Positions 1 to 10,766 are shown, counted from the first letter of the stretch. The stretch is 64,000 nt of DNA from Alphaproteobacteria bacterium (GCA_965227515.1 CBDDFZ010000001.1:288001-352000); one strand, 5' to 3'. Numbers and translations are program-made. The notes: a model not told the origin generated them from the letters alone.

Positions 1-68
1 TTGTGCCCCACCTCCTCGTGGCGGGCGACCACCTGGGCCAGTTTCTCGGATAGATCGGATCCCGTCAT
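1..68 (-). CDS. prfA: Peptide chain release factor 1, 5' end only (runs off window)
   Basis: Minus strand reads MTGSDLSEKLAQVVARHEEVGH with a GAGGAG RBS. The position right after hisS matches the usual alphaproteobacterial hisS-prfA order. Confidence 0.7.
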   Translation of the reverse strand, partial: MTGSDLSEKLAQVVARHEEVGH

Positions 69-78
69 CGCCGGCTCC

Positions 79-1341
79 TCAGGCCCCGCCGTTCGCGCCG
101 GAGGACGCCACAAGTGCCGCCAGTCCATCCAGCGCCACCTGCTGCTCGACGCCGGTATCCAGGTTGCGGAACGTCGCCGCGCCCGCCGCGACCTCGTCCT
201 CGCCCAGGATGACGGCGGCCCACGCATCGACCTTGTTGGCGTGCTTCATGCGTCGTTTCATGTTGCCGCGATAGGCGACGTCGACCGCGAAACCATCAGC
301 GCGCAGCCGTTCGGCCACCTCCACCGCGGCGCGCGCTTGCGCTTCGCTCACCGGCATCACGGCGATGGGGCGGGTGGCCTCTGGCACGCCGGCCGACAGC
401 ATCGCCAGCCGCTCGATGCCCGCCGCCCAGCCGACGCCGGGCGTCGGCGGGCCGCCCATGGTCGGGATCAGGCCGTCGTATCGGCCGCCGGCCAGCACGG
501 TGCCCTGGGCGCCAAGCCCGTCGGAGATGAACTCGAACGCAGTGTGGCCGTAATAGTCCAGGCCGCGCACCAGCTTCGGATCGAGCGCGTAGTCGATGCC
601 GTGGGCGTCGAGGCCGTCGCGGACCCGCGCGAAGAAGTCGGTGCTCTCCTGGTTCAAATAGTCCTGGTAGGACGGCGCGTCGGCGACAAGCGCGCGGTCG
701 CCCTCGTCCTTGCTGTCCAGGATGCGCAGGGGATTGCGCTCCAGCCGGGTCTGGCTGTCGGCGGAAAGCCTGGACGCCAGCGGGCGCAGGAACGCCACCA
801 GCGCATCGCGATAGGCGGTGCGGCTGGCGACATCGCCCAGCGAGTTCAGGTGCAGCCGGATATTGCCCTCCAGCCGCAGCGCCGCCAGCAGGCGGGCGCC
901 GACCGCGATCACCTCGACGTCGCCCTCCGGCTCCGGCACGCCGATCAGTTCGACGCCGACCTGGTGGAACTGGCGCAGGCGGCCCTTCTGCGGCCGCTCG
1001 TAGCGGAACATCGGCCCGGCATAGAAGAACTTGCACGGCACCTGCTGGGCCAGCCCTTCCGACATGAACATCCGCGCCACGCCGGCGGTGTTCTCCGGCC
1101 GCAGGGTGACGCTGTCGCCGCCGCGGTCGTCGAACGTGTACATCTCCTTGGTCACCACGTCCGTCGCCTCGCCCAGGGTGCGTTGGAACACCTCGGTGAA
1201 CTCGACGATGGGCGTCGACACCGCGTGGTAGCCATAAAGTGCCGCCACCGCGCGCGCGGTGTCGATCACGTGCCGGTGGCGGCGCTCGGCCTCCGGCAAC
1301 AGGTCGTGCATGCCGCGGACGGATTGCGGTTTGGATGCCAT
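79..1341 (-). CDS. hisS: Histidine--tRNA ligase
   Basis: Motifs RGMHD, LRPENTA, FRYERPQKGRLRQFHQ, LVRGLDYY, GGRYDGL. Confidence 0.98.
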   Translation of the reverse strand: MASKPQSVRGMHDLLPEAERRHRHVIDTARAVAALYGYHAVSTPIVEFTEVFQRTLGEATDVVTKEMYTFDDRGGDSVTLRPENTAGVARMFMSEGLAQQVPCKFFYAGPMFRYERPQKGRLRQFHQVGVELIGVPEPEGDVEVIAVGARLLAALRLEGNIRLHLNSLGDVASRTAYRDALVAFLRPLASRLSADSQTRLERNPLRILDSKDEGDRALVADAPSYQDYLNQESTDFFARVRDGLDAHGIDYALDPKLVRGLDYYGHTAFEFISDGLGAQGTVLAGGRYDGLIPTMGGPPTPGVGWAAGIERLAMLSAGVPEATRPIAVMPVSEAQARAAVEVAERLRADGFAVDVAYRGNMKRRMKHANKVDAWAAVILGEDEVAAGAATFRNLDTGVEQQVALDGLAALVASSGANGGA

Positions 1342-1415
1342 GGGTTCAGAAGGTCCTGTCGATCAGATCGGCCGCGACGCGGGCGCCCGCGCCAAACCGG
1401 CGGCGCAGACTATAC

Positions 1416-2558
1416 CTATTCGGCCGCGATGGGCGAGCCCGCCGGTTCGCCGCCCGTTTCGGCCTCGGCCTCGATCTCGGCCGCGCGTTTCTCCACAAGG
1501 TCGACCAGATGGTCGACGACCGCCGGGTCCTGCAGCCGGTGGTGGGGCACGCCGCCGATATAGACCTGGTGTGTGCCGCGCCCGCCGCCGGTGAAGCCGA
1601 TGTCGGTCTCGCGCGCCTCGCCCGGCCCGTTGACCACGCAGCCGATGACCGACAGCGTGACCGGCACGGTGATGTGGGCAAGCCGTTGCTCCAGCGCCGC
1701 CACCGTCTCGATGACGTTGAACTGCTGGCGCGCGCAGGACGGGCAGGACACGATGGTGACGCCGCGCCGCCGGAGCCCCAAGGACTTCAGGATCTCGTAG
1801 CCGGCGCGCACCTCCTCCACCGGGTCGGCGGACAGCGAGACGCGGATGGTGTCGCCGATGCCGGCCCACAGCAGGCTGCCGATGCCGATGGCGGACTTGA
1901 CGGTGCCGCCCAGCGTGCCCCCCGCCTCGGTGATGCCCAGGTGCAGCGGGTAGTCGCAGGCGTCGGCCAGCCCCTGATAGGCGGCGACGGCCAGGAACAC
2001 GTCCGATGCCTTGACGCTGATCTTGGTCTCGAAGAAGCCCTGGTCCTCCAGGATGCGGGCATGGTCGAGCGCGCTTTCGACCATCGCCTCCGGGCACGGC
2101 TCGCCGTACTTCTCCAAGAGGTCGCGCTCCAGCGAGCCGGCGTTGACGCCGATCCGCATGGAGCATCCATGATCGCGCGCGGCGGCCACCACTTCGCGCA
2201 CCCGCGCGGCGCTGCCGATGTTGCCGGGGTTGATGCGCAGGCAGGCAGCACCCGCCTCCGCCGCCTCGATCGCCCGCTTGTAGTGGAAATGGATGTCGGC
2301 GACGATCGGCACCGGCGACGCCTTGACGATGGCCGGCATCGCAGCGGTCGCGTCCTCGTCCGGGCAGGAGACGCGCACGATATCCGCGCCGGCCTCGGCC
2401 AGCGCGCGCACCTGTGCGACGGTCGCGCCTACGTCCCCGGTGACGGTGTTGGTCATCGACTGCACGGTGATCGGCGCATCGCCGCCGACGGCAACCGGTC
2501 CGACCATGATCTGCCGGCTCTTGCGGCGGATGATGTCGCGATAGGGTCTGACGCTCAT
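1416..2558 (-). CDS. ispG: 4-hydroxy-3-methylbut-2-en-1-yl diphosphate synthase (GcpE)
   Basis: [30 protein letters not shown], and Fe-S motifs SCPSCAR...GCVVNGPGE. Confidence 0.98.
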   Translation of the reverse strand: MSVRPYRDIIRRKSRQIMVGPVAVGGDAPITVQSMTNTVTGDVGATVAQVRALAEAGADIVRVSCPDEDATAAMPAIVKASPVPIVADIHFHYKRAIEAAEAGAACLRINPGNIGSAARVREVVAAARDHGCSMRIGVNAGSLERDLLEKYGEPCPEAMVESALDHARILEDQGFFETKISVKASDVFLAVAAYQGLADACDYPLHLGITEAGGTLGGTVKSAIGIGSLLWAGIGDTIRVSLSADPVEEVRAGYEILKSLGLRRRGVTIVSCPSCARQQFNVIETVAALEQRLAHITVPVTLSVIGCVVNGPGEARETDIGFTGGGRGTHQVYIGGVPHHRLQDPAVVDHLVDLVEKRAAEIEAEAETGGEPAGSPIAAE

Positions 2559-2755
2559 GTTCCGCTATTCCTGCTGGGCCTGTTCCTGTTGGGGCGGTTG
2601 CTATCGGGGCTGTGCCTGTTGGCACCGGCCGCCGGCCCCGTCCCCAAGACCTGTGCCATCCACCATATGTGCCGCCTCATAGCACTTATCCAGTCCGTGT
2701 GCGAACATGCGCCGCCAGATCGTCCCTCGCAGCTGCCAAATCGACGTGTACTGCG

Positions 2756-2781
2756 GGAACCATCGGAGCCTTGCCGGTGTT
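2756..2781 (+). promoter_or_regulatory. Possible EcfG (general stress sigma) promoter
   Basis: GGAAC-N18-GTT upstream of the 2871 ORF. Spacing is at the long end of the consensus. Confidence 0.4.
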
Positions 2782-2870
2782 GAGGTATGGCCCCAAGTGC
2801 CAAGGATGCCCCGAATACGCCGGATACCCCGAATGCCTCGCTCCGATGAGAGGCCCGAAAGGAGGACGTC

Positions 2871-3269
2871 ATGAACGACATCCGCACCGCACCTCGCCAC
2901 CGCCGGTCAAGGCACCGGCTGGTCGCGGCACTGGCCCTTGCCCCAATGCTCGCCGCCGGCAGCGCATTAGCCGCCGGCAGCGCATTGGCCCAGGATGGCG
3001 GCCCCGACATCATCTGGCCCGGCGTTGACATCAACATCGGCAGCGATGGCTCGATAACTGTGGGCACGCCGGACTATGAACCCCAGCCCGATGGCGGCAA
3101 CGGCAGCCAGGGCCGCGGCAACGGGAACGGCGTGGAAGTACCGCCGGGCCACATGCCGCCCGCCGGCATGTGCCGCGTGTGGTACCCGGACCGGCCGGCC
3201 GGCCACCAGCCGCCTGCGAGCAGCTGCGCGGTCCCGGTGCCTCCCGGCGCGTTCCTGGTCTACGGGTAG
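2871..3269 (+). CDS. Small secreted Pro/Cys-containing hypothetical protein
   Basis: Strong GGAGG RBS, signal peptide (ALA-QD), C-terminal VPPGHMPPAGMCRVWYPDRPAGHQPPxxxC motif. Confidence 0.8.
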   Translation: MNDIRTAPRHRRSRHRLVAALALAPMLAAGSALAAGSALAQDGGPDIIWPGVDINIGSDGSITVGTPDYEPQPDGGNGSQGRGNGNGVEVPPGHMPPAGMCRVWYPDRPAGHQPPASSCAVPVPPGAFLVYG

Positions 3270-3398
3270 CGCGGCCATACAATTACCGCGCGAACGAGTC
3301 CACTTGGCTCGATGCGGACATCGGAATGCGTTGCTGTGACTGAGGTGGCCCGCCGAGAGGCGGAAACGGCGGACCTTGGGATACGACCGACCTTGGGG

Positions 3399-4760
3399 TC
3401 AGCCTGTACTGCCGCCCTGTAGCTGTAACGGATCGAGCGAGACGTTGCGCATCACCTGGCCCGGCTGGCCCAGCAACGGCAGCGCGCCGCCATCGACGAT
3501 GAACTCCAGCCCGCCGGCATTGCCCATGCGCAGCAGCAGGCCGTCGCGGTTCGGCACCTTGTAGATCTCGCCTTCGCGCAGAAGCCGGGTGAACACCTCG
3601 GAGCCGCCGGCATCCTTGATCTGGATCCAGCAGTCGGACACGGCCCGCAGGATGACCCGGGAGTCGGTGTTGACCTCGCCATAGACATGGGTCGCCGATG
3701 CCTCGATGGCGCTGACATCCGCCGTGGCGCCGCCGGTCGACGCGACGTCGACATCGCCCTCGACCTCGGCCGCCAGATCCTCGGGCACGTTACCGCGGCC
3801 GGCGGCCGGGAAGCCCAAATCATGCGGCGAGATGGTGTGATTGTCGCGATCCAGCGGCTGGCCGGCGCTCAGCACATCGGCAGAGTGCGGCACCGCCTCC
3901 GACGGCTGGTCCAGCGACGGGGCGGTCTGGGTGCCCGGCACCGGTGCCGCCATCGCCGTGTTCAGCGAGAACAGCGGCTCCGACACATCGCCCGCCACGC
4001 CGACCATGTCCTTCGGATCGGCGCCGGCGGTCATCACATTGCCCATGCCGGCGGTCTGGCTCATTTCTTCCGGCCCGGTGTCCGGCAACGCGGCAGCGCC
4101 GCTGAGCGCATTGGCATCGATGCCACGCGACAACCGCGGGTCGTCGGCCGCCACATCGGCATAGGCCAGCAGCGGATCGCCGGCACTGAGCGACTCGACG
4201 CCGCCGCCCGGCGTCATCATCGGGCTGTCATTGCCGGTGCCCGTCGCCTGCTCGACCTGCTCGATCAGGTGTTCCGGCACATCGGCCACGGTGACCGGAC
4301 GGTCTTCCGATTCGCCGCCAAGATATTGCCACGCGCCGTAGCCGCCGATGGCCACCAGCAGCGCGATCACCAGCATCGCGGTCGCCGGCAACCGGCTTTC
4401 CGACACCGGCTCGGGGAACACCAGGGCGCACGGCGCGCGATATTCGGAACGCTCGTTGCGGAACCGCCGGACCACCTCGTCGCCGTCGAGGCCGAAGTGC
4501 TCCGCGTAGCTGCGCAGAAATCCTATGACGTAAGGCGTACCGGGCAGCTCTTCGAACCGCCCTTCTTCGATGGCCTGTAAGTAGACAACACGAATGCGCA
4601 GCACATTGGCCACGTCCCGCAAGCTCTGGCCATAGTGGACACGCGCTTCGCGCAGGGATTGTCCGACTGTGACTGGCGTTTCGCCCGGCTCTTGTCTTAA
4701 GGCGTTGTTATCGGAACGCCCTTCGCCTACGGGAAGGGAATTCAAGTCATGTGCCGGCAT
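3399..4760 (-). CDS. rodZ: RodZ-family protein (HTH, TM helix, C-terminal DUF4115-like domain)
   Basis: VGQSLREAR...YLQAIEEGRFEELPG...GFLRSYA HTH, one TM helix, C-terminal WIQIKDA...GNAGG. Sits upstream of ispG. Start uncertain (4760 or 4787). Confidence 0.9.
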   Translation of the reverse strand: MPAHDLNSLPVGEGRSDNNALRQEPGETPVTVGQSLREARVHYGQSLRDVANVLRIRVVYLQAIEEGRFEELPGTPYVIGFLRSYAEHFGLDGDEVVRRFRNERSEYRAPCALVFPEPVSESRLPATAMLVIALLVAIGGYGAWQYLGGESEDRPVTVADVPEHLIEQVEQATGTGNDSPMMTPGGGVESLSAGDPLLAYADVAADDPRLSRGIDANALSGAAALPDTGPEEMSQTAGMGNVMTAGADPKDMVGVAGDVSEPLFSLNTAMAAPVPGTQTAPSLDQPSEAVPHSADVLSAGQPLDRDNHTISPHDLGFPAAGRGNVPEDLAAEVEGDVDVASTGGATADVSAIEASATHVYGEVNTDSRVILRAVSDCWIQIKDAGGSEVFTRLLREGEIYKVPNRDGLLLRMGNAGGLEFIVDGGALPLLGQPGQVMRNVSLDPLQLQGGSTG

Positions 4761-4992
4761 ACCCTCGCACCCATCACCCCTTCTCAAAGCACAACCGAAC
4801 CCCGATAGTCGCCCCTCCGCGGCCGACCGATCAGGCTACCCCTGTCCGGTGCACCCCTCGCCCCCGACTAGCGCCGTTCCCTCATCGCACTGTTATCGCT
4901 CGTGTCCGAACGTCTTTACCTTAGAAAATGCCGAGGGAAACCCGACCACCGATGTTGCTACCTTATCGCAGCCGAAAACGCAAAATCAAAGT

Positions 4993-7266
4993 CTAAATCC
5001 GCACGCCATGGTCCAGCGCAAACGACCGCAGATGGTTGCGCAGACTGGCGTTGGCGCTGTCCAGCAGATGGGCCAGATATGGGGTGAGCGCATGGGTGTC
5101 CAGACTGCGGACCAGGGTGCGCACCGCGCCCACCGATGACGGCGACATCGAGAAGTTCCGCACCCCCAGTGCGATGCAGGCCATGACCTCAAGCGGATGG
5201 CCCGCCATCTCGCCGCAGATCGCCAGCGGCACGCCGGCGCGGCGGCAGGCCGCGGCGATGTTGGCGATCATGCGCAGCGCTGGCGGCGCCAGCACATCGT
5301 AGCGGTTCGCCACCGTCGAGCTCGACCGGTCGGCGGCGAAGATGAACTGCATCAAATCGTTGGTGCCGACCGAAATGAAATCGACATAGGCGAGGATGGT
5401 GTCGAGCTGGAAGATCAGCGACGGCACCTCCAGCATCACCCCGACTCGCAACGGCGCCGGCACCGCGCCCCCCGTCGCGGCCAGGCGCTCGACTTCGCGG
5501 TCCAAGATGCCGCGGGCCTGCACCAGCTCGGCGACATCGGTCACCATCGGGAACATCAGCGACAAGGGCCCGCCATCCGCGGCCATCAGCATGGCGCGCA
5601 GTTGCGTGCGCAGGATCGCCGGGCGGTCCAGCGAGACGCGGATCGCGCGCCAGCCCATGGCCGGGTTCTCGTCGCCGGACGACCCCGCCCGAAAGTAGGG
5701 CAGCGACTTGTCGCCACCGACGTCCAGGGTGCGGAAAGTGATCGGACGCCCGCCGGCCGACTCGATGACGCGCCGATAGATCGCCTGCTGCTCCTCCAGG
5801 TTCGGAAACGAGCTGCGCACCATGAAGGCGATCTCGGTCCGGTAGAGGCCCACCCCGTCGGCGCCGGTGCGGTCCAGATGCGCCATGTCGGCCAGCAGGC
5901 CGGCGTTCAGGAACAGGCCGATCTTCTCGCCATCCACGGTAACCGCCGGCTGGTTGCGCTCGGCCTCGTACTGCGCCCGCTGGCGGTCGAGCGTGGCCAG
6001 GCTTTCCTCCACCACGCTCAGCACGTCCTCCGACGGGCGCAGCAGCACCTGGGCGGTATTGCCGTCGACCACGATCGCGTCGCCCGAATCGGACTGCGCC
6101 AGCACGCCGCGCGCACGGCCCACCATCGGGATATCCAGCGCGCGGGCGACGATGGCCGCGTGGCCGGTGGGCGATCCCTCCTCCAGCACCACGCCGGCCA
6201 GCTTCTCGCTGACGAAGTCGAGCAGCTCGGCCGGGCTGATATCACGCGCGACGATAATGGCGTTGTCCGGCAAGTCGTCGACCGTCACCTGCTGGCCGCT
6301 GAGATGCAACAGCAGCCGGCTGTTCAGCTCGTCCAGGTCCAGCATGCGTTCGCGCAGATAGGGGTCGGTGATCTGGGTCATCCGCGCCCGGGTGTCGTCG
6401 CTGACGCGGCGCACGGCGGCTTCGGCGGTCAGGCCGGTGTTGATCGCCTCGGTGATGCGGCGCAGCCAGCCCCGGTCATGGGCGAACAGGCGATAGGCGG
6501 CCATCACTTCGGTGTGCTCGCCGACCGCCGTCGCCACCTCCAGGCGCTCCATCAACGCGTCGATCGAGCGCCGCAGGCTGTCGACCGCTTCCTCCAGCCG
6601 CGCTAGCTCCGCCTCGCGATCCTCGGCGACCAGCTTTTCGACATCGGGCCGGCGGCGGTGCATCCACGCGGTGCCGACCGCAAGCCCGCCGCTGAGTGCG
6701 ACACCGGCGATGCGGGCCGGCCGCGTGTCCAGCCCGTCCACCACCTGCTGCTCGCGCGGGTCGATCAGCTCGCCGGCGGCGATCAGCTCCGCCAGCACCA
6801 TCGCGATGGTTTCCAGCGTCTCCAGCTCTTCGTCGGTATAGGTGCGCGGCGAGCGGTTCTGCACCACCAGCACCCCGGTCACCCGCCCGCTGCGCAGGAT
6901 CGGCACGCCGATCAGCGAATGGAACGGCGCCTCGCCGGTTTCCGGCCGAAAGGCGAACTGGGGATGGTTCTGGGCCTCGCTGAGCCTGAGCGGGCGGGCG
7001 CGGGCGGCGATGTCGCCGACCAGGCCCTCGCCGACCTGAAGCCGGGTCTGGTGCACCGCCGATTGCTGCAGGCCCTCGGTGGCGAACAGCTCCAGCACGC
7101 TGCCGGCGCGCAGGATGTAGACCGAGCACACCTCGGCCACCATCTCGCCGGCAATCATCTGGGTCACGCGGTCCAACCGCGCCTGCGCCGATTCCGGCGC
7201 CGCCATCAGGTTGCGCACCCGCTGCAGCAGGCGTCGCGATGCGGCCCAGGAGCCTGAGACAGCCAT
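4993..7266 (-). CDS. ptsP: PTS-Ntr enzyme I (GAF domain + PEP-protein phosphotransferase)
   Basis: N-terminal GAF (EVCSVY, LELFATEGL), phospho-His motif GHAAIVARAL, GVGLYRTE, FRTLDVGGDK, SVGTNDL. Confidence 0.97.
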   Translation of the reverse strand: MAVSGSWAASRRLLQRVRNLMAAPESAQARLDRVTQMIAGEMVAEVCSVYILRAGSVLELFATEGLQQSAVHQTRLQVGEGLVGDIAARARPLRLSEAQNHPQFAFRPETGEAPFHSLIGVPILRSGRVTGVLVVQNRSPRTYTDEELETLETIAMVLAELIAAGELIDPREQQVVDGLDTRPARIAGVALSGGLAVGTAWMHRRRPDVEKLVAEDREAELARLEEAVDSLRRSIDALMERLEVATAVGEHTEVMAAYRLFAHDRGWLRRITEAINTGLTAEAAVRRVSDDTRARMTQITDPYLRERMLDLDELNSRLLLHLSGQQVTVDDLPDNAIIVARDISPAELLDFVSEKLAGVVLEEGSPTGHAAIVARALDIPMVGRARGVLAQSDSGDAIVVDGNTAQVLLRPSEDVLSVVEESLATLDRQRAQYEAERNQPAVTVDGEKIGLFLNAGLLADMAHLDRTGADGVGLYRTEIAFMVRSSFPNLEEQQAIYRRVIESAGGRPITFRTLDVGGDKSLPYFRAGSSGDENPAMGWRAIRVSLDRPAILRTQLRAMLMAADGGPLSLMFPMVTDVAELVQARGILDREVERLAATGGAVPAPLRVGVMLEVPSLIFQLDTILAYVDFISVGTNDLMQFIFAADRSSSTVANRYDVLAPPALRMIANIAAACRRAGVPLAICGEMAGHPLEVMACIALGVRNFSMSPSSVGAVRTLVRSLDTHALTPYLAHLLDSANASLRNHLRSFALDHGVRI

Positions 7267-7280
7267 GGCTACAGCCGCCG

Positions 7281-8348
7281 CTAACCGGCCGCGTTGTCGG
7301 CCTGGGTGCGTACCTGCAGACTGGTCGCCGCTTGGTCGACCAGCTCGGCGAGAATGTCGGACGTGGGCTGCTCGGCGGTGACCATGCCGACGCTCTGGCC
7401 GGCCATCACCGACCCGAACTCCACGTCGCCCTCGATCACGGCGCGGCGCAGCGCGCCGCCCCAGAACTGCTCCACCTCGTATTGCGCGGCTTTCAATTCC
7501 TTTGAGCCGTCGTCAATGGCGCGCAGCATCGCGCGCTGGGTCTCGGCGAAGTCGATGGTGGCCTTGTTGGCGAGCGCGCGCACCGGAATGACCGGCAGCC
7601 GCGGATCGAGCTGGACCGAGGCCACGGCATCGCGCGCGCTGGCGCGGATGAACGCCTGCTTGAACTTGGGATGGGCAATCGATTCGGTGGCGCAGACGAA
7701 GCGGGTGCCGAGCTGGCAGCCCGCCGCCCCCATTTCAAGGTAGGACACGATCACCTCGCCGCGGCCGATACCACCGGCGACGAATACCGGCACGTCGCCG
7801 ATATAGGGCAGGATCTCCTGCGCCAGCACGCCGGTCGCCACCGGGCCGATGTGGCCGCCGGCCTCGTTGCCCTCGATGATCAGGGCATCGGCGCCCGACT
7901 TCACCAGCTTGCGCGCAACCGCCAGCGACGGGGCGAAGCACAGCACCTTGGCGCCGGCACTCTGCGCCCGCTCGATGGTCGCCGCGCGCGGAAGGCCGCC
8001 GGCCAGCACGATGTGGCTGACCTTGACGTCGACGCAGGTCTCGATCAGCTCGTCGATCAGGTGGCTGAGCAGGATCAGGTTGACGCCGAACGGCTTGTCG
8101 GTCAGCGCCCGCGTGGCGGCGATCTCGTCGGCCAGCATCTTCCCCGACATGGCGCCCGACGCCAGCACCCCGAAGCCGCCACCATTGGAGATGGCGGCAA
8201 CCAGATTGCGCTCCGACACCCAGGTCATGGCCCCGCCCAGGATCGCGTAGTCGCAGCCCAGGAACGCACGGCCGCGCGCCCACAGGCTGTCCAGCCTGCG
8301 GCGGGCGTCGGCCGTCGGCGGCGCGGCCATGGCGGTGGGCTGGCTCAC
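7281..8348 (-). CDS. Nitronate monooxygenase / FabK-like flavin oxidoreductase
   Basis: ILGGAMTWVS, EGNEAGGHIG, AGGIG, GTRF, GSVMAGQSVG. Confidence 0.9.
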   Translation of the reverse strand: MSQPTAMAAPPTADARRRLDSLWARGRAFLGCDYAILGGAMTWVSERNLVAAISNGGGFGVLASGAMSGKMLADEIAATRALTDKPFGVNLILLSHLIDELIETCVDVKVSHIVLAGGLPRAATIERAQSAGAKVLCFAPSLAVARKLVKSGADALIIEGNEAGGHIGPVATGVLAQEILPYIGDVPVFVAGGIGRGEVIVSYLEMGAAGCQLGTRFVCATESIAHPKFKQAFIRASARDAVASVQLDPRLPVIPVRALANKATIDFAETQRAMLRAIDDGSKELKAAQYEVEQFWGGALRRAVIEGDVEFGSVMAGQSVGMVTAEQPTSDILAELVDQAATSLQVRTQADNAAG

Positions 8349-9565
8349 GCCGCGTCCAGCCCGTAGGCACTGTGCAGCGTGCGCACGGCAAGCTCGGTGT
8401 ATTCGGCGCCGATCAGCACGCTGACCTTGATCTCCGAGGTGGAGATGACCTGGATGTTGATGCCCTTGTCGGCGAGCGCATGGAACATGGTCTGCGCGAC
8501 GCCGGCATGGCTGCGCATGCCGATGCCGATGACCGAGACCTTGCTGACGTCCTGGTCGGCGACCAGGCGCTGGTAGCCGAGGCCATCCTGCTTGGTCTCC
8601 AGCACCTGCACCGCCTCGTCTAGGTCGGTGTCGTTGACGGTGAAGGTCAGGTTGGTGACCTTGCCGTCCTCCGAAATGTTCTGGACGATCATGTCGACAT
8701 TGATGCTGGACTCCGCCAGCGGGCCGAAGATGGCGGCCGCGATGCCGGGACGGTCCGGCACGCCGACCAGCGTGATCTTGGCCTCGTTGCGGCTGTACGC
8801 CACGCCCGTGACGACCTGCTGTTCCACGATTTCGTCCTCGTCTACCACCAGGGTGCCGTCGCTGTCGTCGAAGCTTGAGCGGACGTGCACCCGGACCCGT
8901 TCTTTCATTGCCAGTTCGACGGAGCGGGTCTGCAATACCTTGGTGCCCGACGAAGCGGATTCCAGCATCTCCTCGTAGGTGATCTTATCCAGCTTGCGGG
9001 CCCGCGTCACGATGCGCGGATCGGCGGTATAGACCCCGGCCACGTCGGTATAGATGTCGCAGCGGTCGGCATCGAGCGCCGCCGCCAGCGCCACCGCGCT
9101 GGTGTCGGAGCCGCCGCGGCCGAGCGTGGTCACCCGGCCGTCCGGCCCGATGCCCTGGAACCCCGGCACCACCGCCACCCAGCCGGCGCCGAACGTGCCC
9201 TCGATGCCGGTGCGGTCGATGCCCTCGATCCGCGCCTTGGAATGCACCGCATCGGTATGCACGGGAAGCTGCCAGCCGAGCCAGGAGCGCGCCGGCACGC
9301 CGATGGTCTTCAGCGCCAGGGCCAACAGCCCGCTGGTCACCTGTTCGCCGGTCGCGACCACCACGTCGTATTCGCGCCCGTCCTCGCGGCCCGCCATGTC
9401 GCCGACCAGCCCGATCAGCCGGTCGGTCTCGCCGGCCATCGCCGACACCACGACCGCGACCTCGTGGCCGGCGTCGTGCTCGCGGCGCACGCGCTCCGCC
9501 ACCGCGCGGATGCGTTGAATGTCGGCCACCGAAGTGCCGCCGAATTTCATCACGAGGCGAGCCAT
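8345..9565 (-). CDS. lysC: Aspartate kinase
   Basis: MKFGGTS, VVVSAM, TTLGRGGSDTSAV, two ACT domains, ISTSEIKVS. Confidence 0.97.
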   Translation of the reverse strand: MARLVMKFGGTSVADIQRIRAVAERVRREHDAGHEVAVVVSAMAGETDRLIGLVGDMAGREDGREYDVVVATGEQVTSGLLALALKTIGVPARSWLGWQLPVHTDAVHSKARIEGIDRTGIEGTFGAGWVAVVPGFQGIGPDGRVTTLGRGGSDTSAVALAAALDADRCDIYTDVAGVYTADPRIVTRARKLDKITYEEMLESASSGTKVLQTRSVELAMKERVRVHVRSSFDDSDGTLVVDEDEIVEQQVVTGVAYSRNEAKITLVGVPDRPGIAAAIFGPLAESSINVDMIVQNISEDGKVTNLTFTVNDTDLDEAVQVLETKQDGLGYQRLVADQDVSKVSVIGIGMRSHAGVAQTMFHALADKGINIQVISTSEIKVSVLIGAEYTELAVRTLHSAYGLDAA

Positions 9566-9761
9566 GGGGAAGGTTGTAGCCTGGGCCAGTGTGGGGTCGG
9601 GTTCAGGGTTCTTAATACGCACCGGCGCCTATATTGATGTGCAGCATGGCGCAAGAAATTGCACATGCGGCACATGGCCCCGGTCGCGCCAGGGCCGGTT
9701 GAGCGCGGGCGGCGGCTATCCATACTGAGAGTCGGGGGGCGGCGCAAGCGGGGTGAGAGGC

Positions 9762-10523
9762 ATGCAGGGCAATACCGCACAGCACGACAACGGCACCGTC
9801 GACGCCAACGAGGCGGCCAAATTCGCCGCCATCGCCGCCGAATGGTGGGATCCGAACGGCAAGTTCCGGCCCTTGCACCGGTTCAACCCGACCCGGCTGG
9901 AGTTCATCCGCGCCCGGGCCTGCAATCATTTCGTCCGCGACCCGGCGCGGCTGGACGCACTGGCCGGGCTCAAGGTGCTCGACATCGGCTGCGGCGGCGG
10001 GCTGATCGCCGAGCCGATGGCGCGAATGGGCGCCGAGGTGACCGGCATCGACGTGACGGCGCGCAGCATCGCGGTCGCCCGCCACCATGCCGAGGCGCAG
10101 GGGGTCGACGTCACCTACCGCGAGGCGACGGCGGAGGCGCTGGCCGAGGAAGGGGCGCGCTTCGACCTGGTGCTGACGCTGGAAGTCGTCGAGCACGTGG
10201 CCGACGTGGACCTGTTCCTGCACGCCGCCGGCAGCCTGGTGGCACCGGGCGGCATGCTGATCGCCGCTACCCTGAACCGGACCAAGCGCGCCTTCGCCTT
10301 TGCCATCGTCGGCGCGGAATACGTGCTCGGCTGGCTGCCGCGCGGCACCCACGACTGGCGCAAGTTCGTGAAACCGTCGGAGATGGCGCGCGGGCTGCGC
10401 ACGGCAGGGCTGTCGCCCGTGGAGGTGACGGGCGTCGTCTACAACCCGCTGTCGGGCGAATGGCGCCTCAACCCGCGCGACGTGGCGGTCAACTACATGA
10501 TGGTCGCGACCCGCCCGGTGTGA
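9762..10523 (+). CDS. ubiG: Ubiquinone biosynthesis O-methyltransferase
   Basis: WWDPNGKFRPLH, LDIGCGGG, EVVEHV, GTHDWRKF. Divergent from lysC, as is usual. Confidence 0.96.
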   Translation: MQGNTAQHDNGTVDANEAAKFAAIAAEWWDPNGKFRPLHRFNPTRLEFIRARACNHFVRDPARLDALAGLKVLDIGCGGGLIAEPMARMGAEVTGIDVTARSIAVARHHAEAQGVDVTYREATAEALAEEGARFDLVLTLEVVEHVADVDLFLHAAGSLVAPGGMLIAATLNRTKRAFAFAIVGAEYVLGWLPRGTHDWRKFVKPSEMARGLRTAGLSPVEVTGVVYNPLSGEWRLNPRDVAVNYMMVATRPV

Positions 10524-10570
10524 TTTCGGCTGGCCGGCCCTGCTCGTCGGCACTAGACTGCGTTTGCCTA

Positions 10571-10719
10571 TCCAAGTGCGGCTAGGGTTCCGTCACAGCG
10601 GCGCAAGACCGTCGCTGTGGGCCTGGACCGAGCGCCGTTATGAGCCGACGTCTCCAAGAGCACCGCTTTGGCGACACCGCGGCAGACACCTTAAGGACCA
10701 AAAGGCCAGGGGGGTTGGA
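10571..10719 (+). promoter_or_regulatory. ykkC-fold riboswitch aptamer, subtype-2-like (not guanidine-I)
   Basis: AAGTG-CGGCTAGGGTTCCG-[hairpin]-CTGGACCGAGCGCCG-[P2]-ACACCTTAAGGACCAAAAGGCCAGGGG, flanked by TCCAA/TTGGA pairing. It lies in the 5' leader of a transporter gene. Confidence 0.85.
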
Positions 10720-10766
10720 CGGGCGCGCTGACGCGCGCCTGCAACCCAAAGCCCCTGAGGTGGCTC

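Noticed and set aside
2841-2866. Hammerhead-like CCGATGAG...CGAAA
   Set aside because: The core is CCGAUGA rather than CUGAUGA, stem II does not form, and the segment includes the RBS of the next gene.
10571-10719. Canonical guanidine-I riboswitch
   Set aside because: It has CCGAGCG, ACACC and CCAGG plus a P0-like extension rather than the guanidine-type signatures, so it is reported as subtype-2-like.
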